Counted from the stretch's first letter, positions 9,704 to 19,017 are shown. The stretch: 64,000 bases of DNA from Geopsychrobacteraceae bacterium (GCA_963676795.2 CAXXTB010000002.1:1792001-1856000); one strand, 5' to 3'. Made by a program: numbers and translations. Notes: a model not told the origin generated them from the letters alone.

Positions 9704-9838
9704 ATGAGCGAAGTCGCCAGGGCCGCCGGAGTAACCCGGTCCAGCCTGTATAAATCCCTGTCTGAAGGGGGCATCCCCAGTTACATAACCATCAGCAAAG
9801 TCGTTAAGGCGCTGGGCTGCAAACTGGATGTAGCATAA
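9704..9838 (+). pseudogene. C-terminal HTH fragment of an HI1420-type addiction-module antidote
   Basis: MSEVARAAGVTRSSLYKSLSEGGIPSYITISKVVKALGCKLDVA; in-frame stop at 9692 upstream, so N-terminus is missing. Confidence 0.75.
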
Positions 9839-9879
9839 TCATCCCAGAAAAAGACAGGGCGCAAAGGCAGGTCATCACC

Positions 9880-10491
9880 TCATCTGTGATTCCCCCGCCC
9901 CGTTCTGTGGTCGGCTATATTCACCACCTTCGACCGATCGCCGGAAACCAGCGCCAGCAATGACTTCCGCCATTTTTCCCGCGGATAGAAATAATCTTTA
10001 TCGCCACCGCGTTTACGCAGCATGCCGTTGATCTTCTGCCCCAGGGCAAATTCTTCTGCGGCGGTTTCAGGCAGACGGCCATCGTGGTATTTGACCATAA
10101 TCTCCATTTCTTCACCGACCTGACGGATGTGGGCCTGAACGCTGCGGTCCAAGCCTTGCGCGACATTGATTATGGAGCAGCGTTGTTCGACGGCAGCAAT
10201 AAGTTTTTCATTCGGCCCCGGATGAGGAAGATCGCACAACCAGCTGGCTTCGGCGATGATGCGCGAGGTCAGCACCTTGTCAAACTGGGAGAAGTCCGGC
10301 TTTTTCAGCCCGAAAAAGATCAGGGCGTAGCGGCTCTGTTCTTCCATGACGATGACGCATTTCTTGCGTAGCAGGGTGATACGATGGGCGTACCAGTGCC
10401 ATGGGTTTTCACTCTTGTCGGAAAAGGGAAAGTCGTAGCCTGCTTTGTTCAGGTCATCTGCGAAGGTTTTGCTGGTATGAAGATGGTTCAC
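9880..10491 (-). CDS. Hypothetical protein, DUF6933-like
   Basis: WHWYAH...RKKCVIVMEEQSRYALIFFGLKK and DRSVQAHI pattern; GTG 10491 after AGAGGA is the likelier start. Confidence 0.6.
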   Translation of the reverse strand: MNHLHTSKTFADDLNKAGYDFPFSDKSENPWHWYAHRITLLRKKCVIVMEEQSRYALIFFGLKKPDFSQFDKVLTSRIIAEASWLCDLPHPGPNEKLIAAVEQRCSIINVAQGLDRSVQAHIRQVGEEMEIMVKYHDGRLPETAAEEFALGQKINGMLRKRGGDKDYFYPREKWRKSLLALVSGDRSKVVNIADHRTGRGNHR

Positions 10492-10635
10492 GCGATAATT
10501 CCTCTGCGCCCGTCGCCCGGGGCGGCTCAGTCTAAGAACCAACCACCGAGACGATTCGAAAATTATTTGCGATAGCGTCAAAGACAGCTGGTTCTACGAC
10601 AACCTGTTTCAAAAAGCCAAGGACAGAATCACTCC

Positions 10636-10917
10636 TCAGGCTGCGTCATGCTTTCTGATCAGATCGGTATCAATTTTTTTACGGGCTTCTTCCAGATCAT
10701 AGTCATCCTGTAAACCCAGCCAGAATTTGGCGCTTGTTCCGAAATACTGCCCCAGGCGTACTGCTGTGTCAGCGGTTATGGCTCGTTTTCCCAGAACAAT
10801 TTCGTTGATACGTCGTGGCGGCACGTTGACGGCCTTGGCAACTGCATTCTGGCTGAGACCCAGCGGTTTTATGAACTCCTCCAAAAGAATTTCACCCGGA
10901 TGGATATTGGTCAGCAT
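10636..10917 (-). CDS. higA: HigA family antitoxin
   Basis: IHPGEILLEEF, RRINEIVLGKRAIT, FWLGLQ. Confidence 0.92.
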   Translation of the reverse strand: MLTNIHPGEILLEEFIKPLGLSQNAVAKAVNVPPRRINEIVLGKRAITADTAVRLGQYFGTSAKFWLGLQDDYDLEEARKKIDTDLIRKHDAA

Positions 10918-10928
10918 TTTTCTTCTCC

Positions 10929-11210
10929 TTAATGATAATCAACGATTTCCAGCGCAAATGCATTGCCTTCGTGCCAGCTAAAACAGATGCGATATTGGGC
11001 GTTAATACGGATGCTGTATTGCCCAGCGCGATCTCCTTTTAACGTTTCCAGTCGGTTGGCTGGAGGAATGCGAAGATCGTCCAGAGATTGTGCGTTGTTG
11101 ATCATTCTCAGCTTGCGTCGTGCGTTATTCTGAATATCCTGCGGCAAGCGTCTGGATCGCCGGCCGTCCCATATCGAGCTGGTTTCTTTGCAATTGAATG
11201 ACTTGATCAT
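10929..11210 (-). CDS. higB: HigB (RelE-family) toxin
   Basis: MIKSF, LRIPPANRLETLKGDRAGQYSIRINAQYRICF, EIVDYH; toxin-first order. Confidence 0.92.
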   Translation of the reverse strand: MIKSFNCKETSSIWDGRRSRRLPQDIQNNARRKLRMINNAQSLDDLRIPPANRLETLKGDRAGQYSIRINAQYRICFSWHEGNAFALEIVDYH

Positions 11211-11236
11211 GTTCTTGAGTGTAACAAGCGCCTGAT

Positions 11237-11255
11237 CATAACGCAAGACGTTATG
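11237..11255. promoter_or_regulatory. Putative HigA operator
   Basis: Palindrome CATAACG-N5-CGTTATG just upstream of higB. Confidence 0.55.
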
Positions 11256-11340
11256 CTTTTGCCGGTCGCCGCGCCGCAGGCGAAATTTTTAAGGGTTCGC
11301 CGGCTTAGGGTCTGTGCGTATGTCTGCACGCGTCCCTCCC

Positions 11341-11490
11341 TCAGCCCGAATACAGGCCATCGGCAGCCATCCGTGCCTGTTCGAGGGCGACCAGGGCGGC
11401 CAGGATTTCACTGATTTTGGCTTCGCGGCGTTTTTAAACTCCCCTTTAAGCTGGGCAGCGCTGACCGGGCTCCCTTGCTGCACCAGGGCA
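11341..11490 (-). pseudogene. Frameshifted C-terminal remnant resembling MmeI-like DNA methyltransferase tails
   Basis: ALVQQGSPVSAAQLKGEFKNA/[shift]EAKISEILAALVALEQARMAADGLYSG*; resemblance recognised by eye only. Confidence 0.5.
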
Positions 11491-11491
11491 G

Positions 11492-11525
11492 AAGATCCTA
11501 TAGGGGTCAAGATCCTATAGGGGTC
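11492..11525. repeat. 17-bp tandem direct repeat x2
   Basis: AAGATCCTATAGGGGTC AAGATCCTATAGGGGTC. Confidence 0.9.
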
Positions 11526-11548
11526 AAGTCTTCTCTTGGCTTTATCAA

Positions 11549-12835
11549 TCAAACTTGATCTTTATTTTCCTTCTGCCACTCCTGCAAAACATTACCAATA
11601 ATCCCGAAATGGCCCGGAGCACGAACGACTTCTCGATATCCCGGAACAGCTCCTACCCACTTGCCTAATCGAACGTTGGGTTTCTGAGTGAGATAAAGGG
11701 TGGGCAAACCCATCAGCGCCGGGCCGTCCATACCGGCCGTAGTCACGCCAATCTGGCCAACCAGGCCATGGTGGAGCCTCAGCTCTTCAAACAGTTGCAG
11801 CTGCGCCCGGCGCATGTCCGGCCCCTGGAACAGTGGCTCCTTCCAGCACAGGGTCAGGTTGACTGCATTTGGCAGGACGATATCTGCGGGAACAGCATCG
11901 CCAAAAAAGACGGGAGTGAGCCCGGCAGCAATGACCAGTTCAGCAAGCTGGCGCAGTTCAGCGAAACAGGTATTGCGACCGGCATCGTGATCACCTGACC
12001 GGACCCAAAGCAACACTTTCTGTTGTGGCTGTCTTCCAACCTTGCTGTCGATCCATGATCTCAAGGAAAGTGATGGCGCTTCACCTCCTAAAAACGCTGC
12101 GCGCAGGGTGCGCTGCGCTTTTAAAGCATCGGCGTGAAACGCCTCCGCAATGATATGGGTCAGATGCTTGGGACTGGCCGGACGCGACCGATACGGACGC
12201 AAGGCCCCTGCCAACCCGGCATCACAGAGGAAGCGTCTGGCCTGCTCTTGCTGGACAGCACCGGGACGGATCTGAATGGAAAGCCCGGCAAACAGGGCCG
12301 CAGCGGCCAGATACCAGCCTTCACCAAAGGAAAAACCGGGATCGGCATGAAAGGTGTAGGCACTGTTGCGCTCTGTGACGATTGTCCTGGCGGCTTGTGC
12401 GGCAACTTCAGCCCTGTGAGCAAGTGCTCTGGCTTTGGCCGTATCAAGCATCTGGGCGAAACGTGCGACCTGCGCTGCGGCCTCTTCTGCAGCGGCAACA
12501 ATCTCCTCAACGCGCTGCCAGCCGTCTTCGCAATCGGCCAGGGTGGGCGCCCGCTGAGATCCGCGCGAGAGCTGCCCGGCACCATAGCGCGCATCCTCCG
12601 CCCTTGCGGCCTGAGCCTGAACCAACAGCCCGAGGAGTAGCCCGAGCTCCTGCCTATCCACCACGTTATCTAATGCCCTTGTGGCCAGCAGCACAACCTG
12701 TTCCAGCCGCGAGCGATAGTCATCACGCACACCGGACAGATGCAGCGTTCCCTGCAATGCTGTGGCCTCAGTCAGCAGTGTAGCGGCCTCTTGTACGAGC
12801 CCTCCGCCACCGGATTCTTCAGGACGTAATGTCAC
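11549..12835 (-). CDS. Hypothetical protein: Ala-rich helical N-half, possible GT-B/GT9-like C-half
   Basis: 428 aa; overlaps the epimerase stop by 4 nt; C-terminal QIGVTTAGMDGPALMGLPTLYL resembles the GT9 IGxDSGxxHxAxAxGxPTxxL segment. Confidence 0.6.
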   Translation of the reverse strand: MTLRPEESGGGGLVQEAATLLTEATALQGTLHLSGVRDDYRSRLEQVVLLATRALDNVVDRQELGLLLGLLVQAQAARAEDARYGAGQLSRGSQRAPTLADCEDGWQRVEEIVAAAEEAAAQVARFAQMLDTAKARALAHRAEVAAQAARTIVTERNSAYTFHADPGFSFGEGWYLAAAALFAGLSIQIRPGAVQQEQARRFLCDAGLAGALRPYRSRPASPKHLTHIIAEAFHADALKAQRTLRAAFLGGEAPSLSLRSWIDSKVGRQPQQKVLLWVRSGDHDAGRNTCFAELRQLAELVIAAGLTPVFFGDAVPADIVLPNAVNLTLCWKEPLFQGPDMRRAQLQLFEELRLHHGLVGQIGVTTAGMDGPALMGLPTLYLTQKPNVRLGKWVGAVPGYREVVRAPGHFGIIGNVLQEWQKENKDQV

Positions 12836-13854
12836 AGGATCTTCTTCGACCAGGTTTTCGGCGCGGTCGGCCCGTCTATCTCCAATTCCACATTATGTAG
12901 AAATGGACGGGGGCCGCGGGATTTGATCCAGTCGATCATCACGGCCAAGCCTTCTTCGAGCTTCACCTGCGGCTGGTAATCGAGCAGTCGCCGCGCTTTG
13001 TCAGCACTGCAGTTGGCAAAGTAGACCTCCTGGGGTCGTCCAGCGATGCGTTGCGGCTGCAGATCAAAATCTAGGAGCCGGGCGATCATGACGGCCAGCT
13101 CGTTGATGGTGACAAACTCATCGTCGGGACCGATATTGATCACTTCCGAGGCGCAGCACTCGTCTGTCGCCATACGCAGTAGCGGATCGACCACATCGGA
13201 GACGAAACTGAAACAGCGCTTCTGATTCCCGTCGCCGTAGACATAGGGCTGACGCCCCTGCAGCATCATATTGATGAAGATAGCGGCCACGTTGCGATAA
13301 GGATCATCGTAGCGCTGGCGCGGGCCGATGATGTTGTGCGGAACCGCCACCACCCACTCCATCCCGTGGGTTTCGGCAATATTGGCCAGCAGCCGTTCGG
13401 CACTCCATTTGGCGATGCCATAGGGATCCTGAGGAGCCGGCACCATCTCCTCCCGAAACGGAACCTCATTGGTGCCGTACCTGGCCATCGACGAACAGAG
13501 CACGAAGCGCTTAACCCCTGCGGCCGCGGCCGCGGACACAACACCGGTGGTTGCCGTGACAACATTCTGAGAGACCAGATGCGGGCTGAAAACCGAGAGA
13601 CCTTCATAGGCTGTGGCCGCACAGTGATAAACGATATCGACGCCTTTCATCACCGGGGCAAGACGCGCAAAATCATTGCAGTCGATCTGATGAAACTCAG
13701 CACCAGTCGGAACATTGTCCGGGTAGCCACCCTTCAGATTGTCACAGCCGGCGACCCGGTACCCTTCAGCCAGACACCTGTCGGCGATATGGCTGCCTAA
13801 AAAGCCTGCTATACCCGTTATGAAAATTCGTTTTTTTTTGCTCAATTGAAACAC
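12832..13854 (-). CDS. NAD-dependent nucleotide-sugar epimerase/dehydratase
   Basis: ITGIAGFLGS, CSSMARYG, YGIAK (YxxxK), NIIGPRQ, GDGNQKRCF. Confidence 0.92.
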   Translation of the reverse strand: MFQLSKKKRIFITGIAGFLGSHIADRCLAEGYRVAGCDNLKGGYPDNVPTGAEFHQIDCNDFARLAPVMKGVDIVYHCAATAYEGLSVFSPHLVSQNVVTATTGVVSAAAAAGVKRFVLCSSMARYGTNEVPFREEMVPAPQDPYGIAKWSAERLLANIAETHGMEWVVAVPHNIIGPRQRYDDPYRNVAAIFINMMLQGRQPYVYGDGNQKRCFSFVSDVVDPLLRMATDECCASEVINIGPDDEFVTINELAVMIARLLDFDLQPQRIAGRPQEVYFANCSADKARRLLDYQPQVKLEEGLAVMIDWIKSRGPRPFLHNVELEIDGPTAPKTWSKKIL

Positions 13855-13963
13855 ACCATGCTTAATATTTTATGACTAGAGCTTTGGGGAGAGTATTTTT
13901 AGCACATTCCTGGCTTATACCATAAGCTATAAAACCGCTGCCACCTTAGATGCTGGTGACGGA

Positions 13964-14111
13964 GAAGCGGCCCGGCCAGAGATCTTCAATAGCATCGAAA
14001 TGTCTTGAGATCGCATTCTGCGGCATGGAAATAATAAGAGTCTGCCACCTGCTGAATGGATTAAGTGGCACTTTGACCAGTTTGGAAGGAGCTAAATTAA
14101 TTTGGCACTCA
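13964..14111 (+). mobile_element. Eroded IS3-family transposase C-terminus and probable right end
   Basis: EAARPEIFNSIEMS*DRILRHGNNKSLPPAEW matches the IS3 OrfB tail pattern (AR.EIF.YIE.FYN..RRH....SP.E); ends in CA 16 nt after the stop. Confidence 0.6.
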
Positions 14112-14167
14112 GCTCTTCAAAATCTGGGATAGACAACATCTATTGACTAAAAAAGCCCAGACTCTGT

Positions 14168-15349
14168 TCACAAAAGCTGCTTCAATACAGCAATAAACTG
14201 ATCTATCTCTTCAAAAGTATTGTAATAATGCGGTGAAGCTCGCAATAAAATTGGAGACTGATGAATCTCAAAACTGACCGGGTTCGCAGAGAACGATACG
14301 GTCGAAGTATTAATTTTCCGGCGAGCAAACTGCTGTTGCAACTGATCCGCAGACAGCTGGTCACAAAAAAATGTGACTATGCCACACTGCTCCCCCCCCC
14401 GATCCGTCACTGTTACGCCGTCGATCCTGACTAATTCCTGACGCAATGTCGACGCAAGCATCCTGATCCGCTCGCTGATTTGTTCAAGCCCCCAAGCGAG
14501 GGCATAGTCGATGGCAACCCCCAAAGCCAGCTGTGCAGCATAGTTACGCTCCCAGCACTCAAAACGTTTTGCATCGCTTCGTAACTGGTAGCTTTGGGCC
14601 GAAAGCAATTGTGCCGCGTGATGGTTGAGCTGGCTTGGTTCCAGTTGCTCGAGCAGCGTACGACGAACATAGAGCAAACCAGTACCTCGCGGTCCGCGTA
14701 AGAATTTGCGACCGGTGCCACACAAGAGGTCGCAGCCAATCTGTTCAACATCGACCGGCATCTGGCCAAGGGCCTGACAGGCATCCAGCAGATATGGAAT
14801 ACCAGCTTCATTTGTGACCTTACCAACCTCGGCAGCAGGATTGACCAGGCCGCCACCAGAAGGAACCTGAGTAAGGCAGATCAGCTTAACGCGACTATCG
14901 ATCCGATTTTTTAGCTGTTTGATATCGATCTTGCCTGACGGGTCATCGGCCACTAAGGTGATTTCAACCCCGACACGTTTGGCTTGGTGCAACATGGCGA
15001 CCAGGCTGCTTCCATATTCTGCCCTACTAGCGAGAATCCGGTCTCCAGGACGAAAATCGAAGGCATAAAAGGCGGCGTTCCATGCTCGCGTAGCACTGTC
15101 AGTAAAAGCGATTTCGTCACTGGTACAGTTCAAAAGCTGTGCCGCAGCAGCATAAAAATGTTCCAGCTCTGCTGCTCGCCGAGCCATGACTTCGTAACCG
15201 CCCTGCTCTTCTTCCTCGTGTAAATAATTGTAGAAAGCATCCGCCACCGGAGCTGGGGTCAAGGAGGCACCGGCGTTGTTGAAATGGATACGCTCTTCAC
15301 AACCACGTGTTTCGCGCCGAGCACGCGCAACATCAAATGGCCGCATCAA
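14168..15349 (-). CDS. Class V PLP enzyme, probable C-S lyase (EgtE/Egt2-like)
   Basis: HFNNAGAS, LDACQALG, TGRKFLRGPRGTG (PLP Lys); lacks the desulfurase Cys loop; ATGA overlap with ovoA. Confidence 0.8.
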   Translation of the reverse strand: MMRPFDVARARRETRGCEERIHFNNAGASLTPAPVADAFYNYLHEEEEQGGYEVMARRAAELEHFYAAAAQLLNCTSDEIAFTDSATRAWNAAFYAFDFRPGDRILASRAEYGSSLVAMLHQAKRVGVEITLVADDPSGKIDIKQLKNRIDSRVKLICLTQVPSGGGLVNPAAEVGKVTNEAGIPYLLDACQALGQMPVDVEQIGCDLLCGTGRKFLRGPRGTGLLYVRRTLLEQLEPSQLNHHAAQLLSAQSYQLRSDAKRFECWERNYAAQLALGVAIDYALAWGLEQISERIRMLASTLRQELVRIDGVTVTDRGGEQCGIVTFFCDQLSADQLQQQFARRKINTSTVSFSANPVSFEIHQSPILLRASPHYYNTFEEIDQFIAVLKQLL

Positions 15350-17454
15350 GACAGTCTCTCCCAGATGGTGACCTGTGAGACAGTATGCTGAAACTTACGC
15401 GCCGTTTCACGGATCACAAATTCCACATCGCGTGGTTGTGCGAGCAAGCGGAATTGACTGCAGAGCTGCTCCTTGAGGCCGTCCAGGGTCGTGAACGGTT
15501 CACCGGCGATACGGAGTCCGCCGATCCAATTCTCCTTTCGGGTAAACTCTTCCAGCCAGGTGTAGGGCGAAGCGATGACCAGCAGCCCGCCAGGACGCAC
15601 ACGGTCATGAATAGTCGTTAAAAACTGCGCCGGATCATAGAGACGATCAAGCAGGTTCGCTGCCAGAACCAGATCGTAGTCGGTAAACTGCGGCTTCAGG
15701 TTGTGCGCATCCCCTTGTAAAAACTCTATCTTGCCGGCATGGTCAGCCAAACCCAACTCACTCAGGCCGACCTCATGAAAAGAGACAATCTCACCCTCTT
15801 CGGGCAGCTGGTAATGGGTGACACCCTTTTCTTGCAACTGGTGAGCAATACGGATAAAACGTGCCGAGAAATCGATGCCTGTGACAAAATCAAAATGTTT
15901 GGCCAACTCGAAACTGGCACGGCCGACCGCGCAACCAAGATCAAGTGCGCGTTGTTTAGGCCGCTCTGCCACGGCACCAAGACAGATTCTCACCACCTGT
16001 GCCGGAAAGTTTGCTACACCGAATTTATCCGGGCCAAAATGGGCGTCACAATACTGGGCCACGGAATCGTCAGTTTCATACATCGCTTCAACAGTTTCCA
16101 ATTCCTGTTCTGCAGCAACATAGCGAAAACCTGCATGCTGGAAGAAGTGCCTGCGAAACGCGTAACGTGAATCTCTGGTGGCCTCGTTGCCGGTGGAAAT
16201 CCACGAGCCACCCTTGATCAGATTATGCTGAGTATCAAACGTCGGCGTTGAAAAATCGTCGTAGCATGGGTGCACTTCGAAGCCAGTGAAACCGCAGATC
16301 GGCGTTTCGGTCCACTGCCAGACATTACCGATCAGATCGAAGAAATCACCAAAAGGAAAACGGTTGACCGGACAGGAAGAGGCCCAGTATTCGAGGTTAA
16401 TATTGCCCGGAGCGCGTTCCCAGTAGGGCTGATCGGGAATGTCATGCAAATCGTGCAATCTGTACCATTCGTCTTCGGTCGGCAAACGGATCGGCAGACC
16501 ACTCCCATTGGCCTTCCAGTTACAGAACGCTTTGGCTTCGAGGTAGTTCACCTCAACCGGCCAGTCCCAGGGCATGGGGATTTCCCGGGCCATGGTTCGC
16601 AAGCGATAACCAAAGCCATCTTTGATCCAAAATAGTGGCTGCTCTGCCTTGCTGAACTCCAGCCAACGCTGCCCTTCAGCAGTCCACCAGCCCTTACTTC
16701 GGTAACCGCCAGCCTCGACAAACTGCATGAATTCCTGATTTGAAACCAGATATTTGGCGGCCTGAAAATCATCGACATGAAACTGGTGATGACCATACTC
16801 ATTATCCCAGCCGTAAAGGGGATGATCTTTCCTTTTGCCAAGAATGACATCGCCCCCGGCAACCGACAGCAGTTGATTGGATGGCGCCGGCCCGGTTTCT
16901 TCGCAAATCTCCCAGAGCGGCAGCTGACGCACCTGATCGAGCGGCAAACGACGAATAATCACAGATGATGTTTCCAGGTGAATGCGCGAATGTTCGATCC
17001 CCATCATGATGGCCCAGAACGGGTTCTCCCAATCGACAGGCAGTGTGAGCGGCAGAGTCTCGATCAGTTGATCCACAAGGGCACGCACCTGGTCACGGTA
17101 GGCCTTGACATCAGCGACACTTGGCCAATCGTAGTTTTCATCATTCAGATCGTCCCACGACATCTCGTCAACACCGATGGCAAACATCGCCTCGTAATGT
17201 GGGTTGATGCGCTCATCAATAATCTTGGCGACAACCAGCTTGTTAACGTAAAAAACAGCCGTATGGCCCAAATAGAAAATCAGCGGGTGACGCAACGGTT
17301 CTGGGCGCAGATAGAACGCATCATCATGAGCCAGAGTGTCGTAAAGCTGCTCATCGATAGTGAAAGACTTGTGAAAATAATCACGGATTTCGTTCCGTTT
17401 ATCCTCGACTGCTCCTTCATTGAGAACAATGGTCTGAGTTTTACGAAGTTCCAT
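15346..17454 (-). CDS. ovoA: 5-histidylcysteine sulfoxide synthase / methyltransferase (ovothiol synthase)
   Basis: DinB (RHPLIFYLGHT, GVDEMSWDD, HSRIHLE = HX3HXE) + FGE-like (GNVWQWT, RYAFRRHFFQHAGFR) + SAM MTase (LDLGCAVGR). Confidence 0.93.
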   Translation of the reverse strand: MELRKTQTIVLNEGAVEDKRNEIRDYFHKSFTIDEQLYDTLAHDDAFYLRPEPLRHPLIFYLGHTAVFYVNKLVVAKIIDERINPHYEAMFAIGVDEMSWDDLNDENYDWPSVADVKAYRDQVRALVDQLIETLPLTLPVDWENPFWAIMMGIEHSRIHLETSSVIIRRLPLDQVRQLPLWEICEETGPAPSNQLLSVAGGDVILGKRKDHPLYGWDNEYGHHQFHVDDFQAAKYLVSNQEFMQFVEAGGYRSKGWWTAEGQRWLEFSKAEQPLFWIKDGFGYRLRTMAREIPMPWDWPVEVNYLEAKAFCNWKANGSGLPIRLPTEDEWYRLHDLHDIPDQPYWERAPGNINLEYWASSCPVNRFPFGDFFDLIGNVWQWTETPICGFTGFEVHPCYDDFSTPTFDTQHNLIKGGSWISTGNEATRDSRYAFRRHFFQHAGFRYVAAEQELETVEAMYETDDSVAQYCDAHFGPDKFGVANFPAQVVRICLGAVAERPKQRALDLGCAVGRASFELAKHFDFVTGIDFSARFIRIAHQLQEKGVTHYQLPEEGEIVSFHEVGLSELGLADHAGKIEFLQGDAHNLKPQFTDYDLVLAANLLDRLYDPAQFLTTIHDRVRPGGLLVIASPYTWLEEFTRKENWIGGLRIAGEPFTTLDGLKEQLCSQFRLLAQPRDVEFVIRETARKFQHTVSQVTIWERLS

Positions 17455-17652
17455 AGCATTTCCTTTGTCTGCTCATGACCCTGTAGATTTCTCATTATAT
17501 CAAAACCACAGACGATTATTGAAGATCTGAATGGGTTCGCAAGCTGCGAAGATATAATGTGTGAAAATTTAACTCTGCATCAGCAAAATCAGCTAACATG
17601 TATGTGTAGTTGGTAAAGCTCGACAACTTTATGCCAGTCATGGATCGATAAG

Positions 17653-19017
17653 ATGATGTGTCCGACCGTCACCTCACCTTTTCAGATAACCAACGTCCGA
17701 TTGTTCATTATCTTCCGGGTCTTGTTCAATGCACGCTTCTACTACCCGGTCTTCTCGATCCTGCTCCTTGATTTTGGCTTAACCCTCTCACAATTTGCCA
17801 TCCTGAATGCGGTATGGGCGGCAACCATTGTGATTTGCGAAGTCCCCTCCGGGGCTTTGGCCGACAGTATTGGCCGTCGCAACCTGTTGGTCTTTGCTGG
17901 CAGCCTTATGGTGGTTGAGATTGCCCTTTGGGCCTTTGTGCCGCGTAGCAACCTGAATTTGATGTTTTGGGTTTTTGTCCTCAATAGGATTCTCAGTGGC
18001 ATGGCTGAGGCAGCAGCCAGCGGTGCCGACGAAGCCCTGGCCTACGACAGCTTGAAACACCAAGGCAATTGCGATGACTGGGGGCGAGTCCTTGAACGAC
18101 AGATCCAGCTTCAGTCGGTAGGCTTTATTATCGCAATGACCCTCGGCGGGCTGCTTTACGACCCGGTTATGTTGCAACGCTTGATCAACCTTCTTGGACT
18201 CCCCCTAGCCATCACCACAGACGTCACGCTGCGCCTGCCGATCTACTTCACACTGGGCACTGCGGTGCTGACCCTGCTAACCACCTTAATGATGCGGGAA
18301 GTGCCAACGGAGAAATCAATATCAGGCAGTGGCAATGAATCCAGCCGTCAGGCCGTCAGACTGGTCTGGCAAGCTGGTTGCTGGATTTATCGCACCCCTT
18401 TTGTGGTGATCTTGCTGCTATGCGGCCTGCTGGGAGACAGCGTAATTCGCATGCTGCTGACGATGGCGAGCCAGTATTACCGACTGATAGAAATTCCTGA
18501 AGCGCTGTTCGGAGTTTTCGGATCACTGCTGGCCATGGGCGGCTTTGTAATGCCGGGCCTGGCGCGTCATTTGGCTGAAAAACGGACTCCCCTATTCAAC
18601 CTTGTATTCACTTCAACATTGATCCTGCTCGGTTTGAGCGGGATGTGTTTCTTCTGGTCCTGGGTCGGGCTGCTGCCAGCAATGCTCCTCTTCAGCTGCA
18701 TGTACATGATAGGTTTTTTCCTCAGCCATTACCTTAACCAGGCCACCAGCTCGGAGCAACGCGCCACGGTTCTCAGCTTCAAGGGCCTGTTCCTCAATCT
18801 GGGTTATGGTGCAATAGGTCTAATGTATGCGCTGTTGCTTGTTTTTTTACGCAAACAAGCAACGCTGACTGACCCCGGCCTTGTTGAAGCAGCGCTAAAA
18901 AACCAGGTATTTATAAACTCACTTCCCTGGTTTGTTGGTTACTTTGCAATTTTGTTGTTCGTGCTGTTGATATTCGTGAGAGTGGCATTACGTCAATCCG
19001 GGTCAGGAAGAGACTGA
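17653..19017 (+). CDS. MFS transporter
   Basis: EVPSGALADSIGRR motif A; about 12 hydrophobic segments. Confidence 0.88.
   Translation: MMCPTVTSPFQITNVRLFIIFRVLFNARFYYPVFSILLLDFGLTLSQFAILNAVWAATIVICEVPSGALADSIGRRNLLVFAGSLMVVEIALWAFVPRSNLNLMFWVFVLNRILSGMAEAAASGADEALAYDSLKHQGNCDDWGRVLERQIQLQSVGFIIAMTLGGLLYDPVMLQRLINLLGLPLAITTDVTLRLPIYFTLGTAVLTLLTTLMMREVPTEKSISGSGNESSRQAVRLVWQAGCWIYRTPFVVILLLCGLLGDSVIRMLLTMASQYYRLIEIPEALFGVFGSLLAMGGFVMPGLARHLAEKRTPLFNLVFTSTLILLGLSGMCFFWSWVGLLPAMLLFSCMYMIGFFLSHYLNQATSSEQRATVLSFKGLFLNLGYGAIGLMYALLLVFLRKQATLTDPGLVEAALKNQVFINSLPWFVGYFAILLFVLLIFVRVALRQSGSGRD

Noticed and set aside
11492..11525. Repeat as CRISPR
   Set aside because: Two adjacent units, no spacers, no cas genes
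11289..11552. 87-aa ORF as a real gene
   Set aside because: Chimeric: spans the tandem repeat and a frameshifted remnant
14168..17454. Selenium variant (ovoselenol-type) cluster
   Set aside because: No selenophosphate synthetase nearby; OvoA has the standard fused methyltransferase
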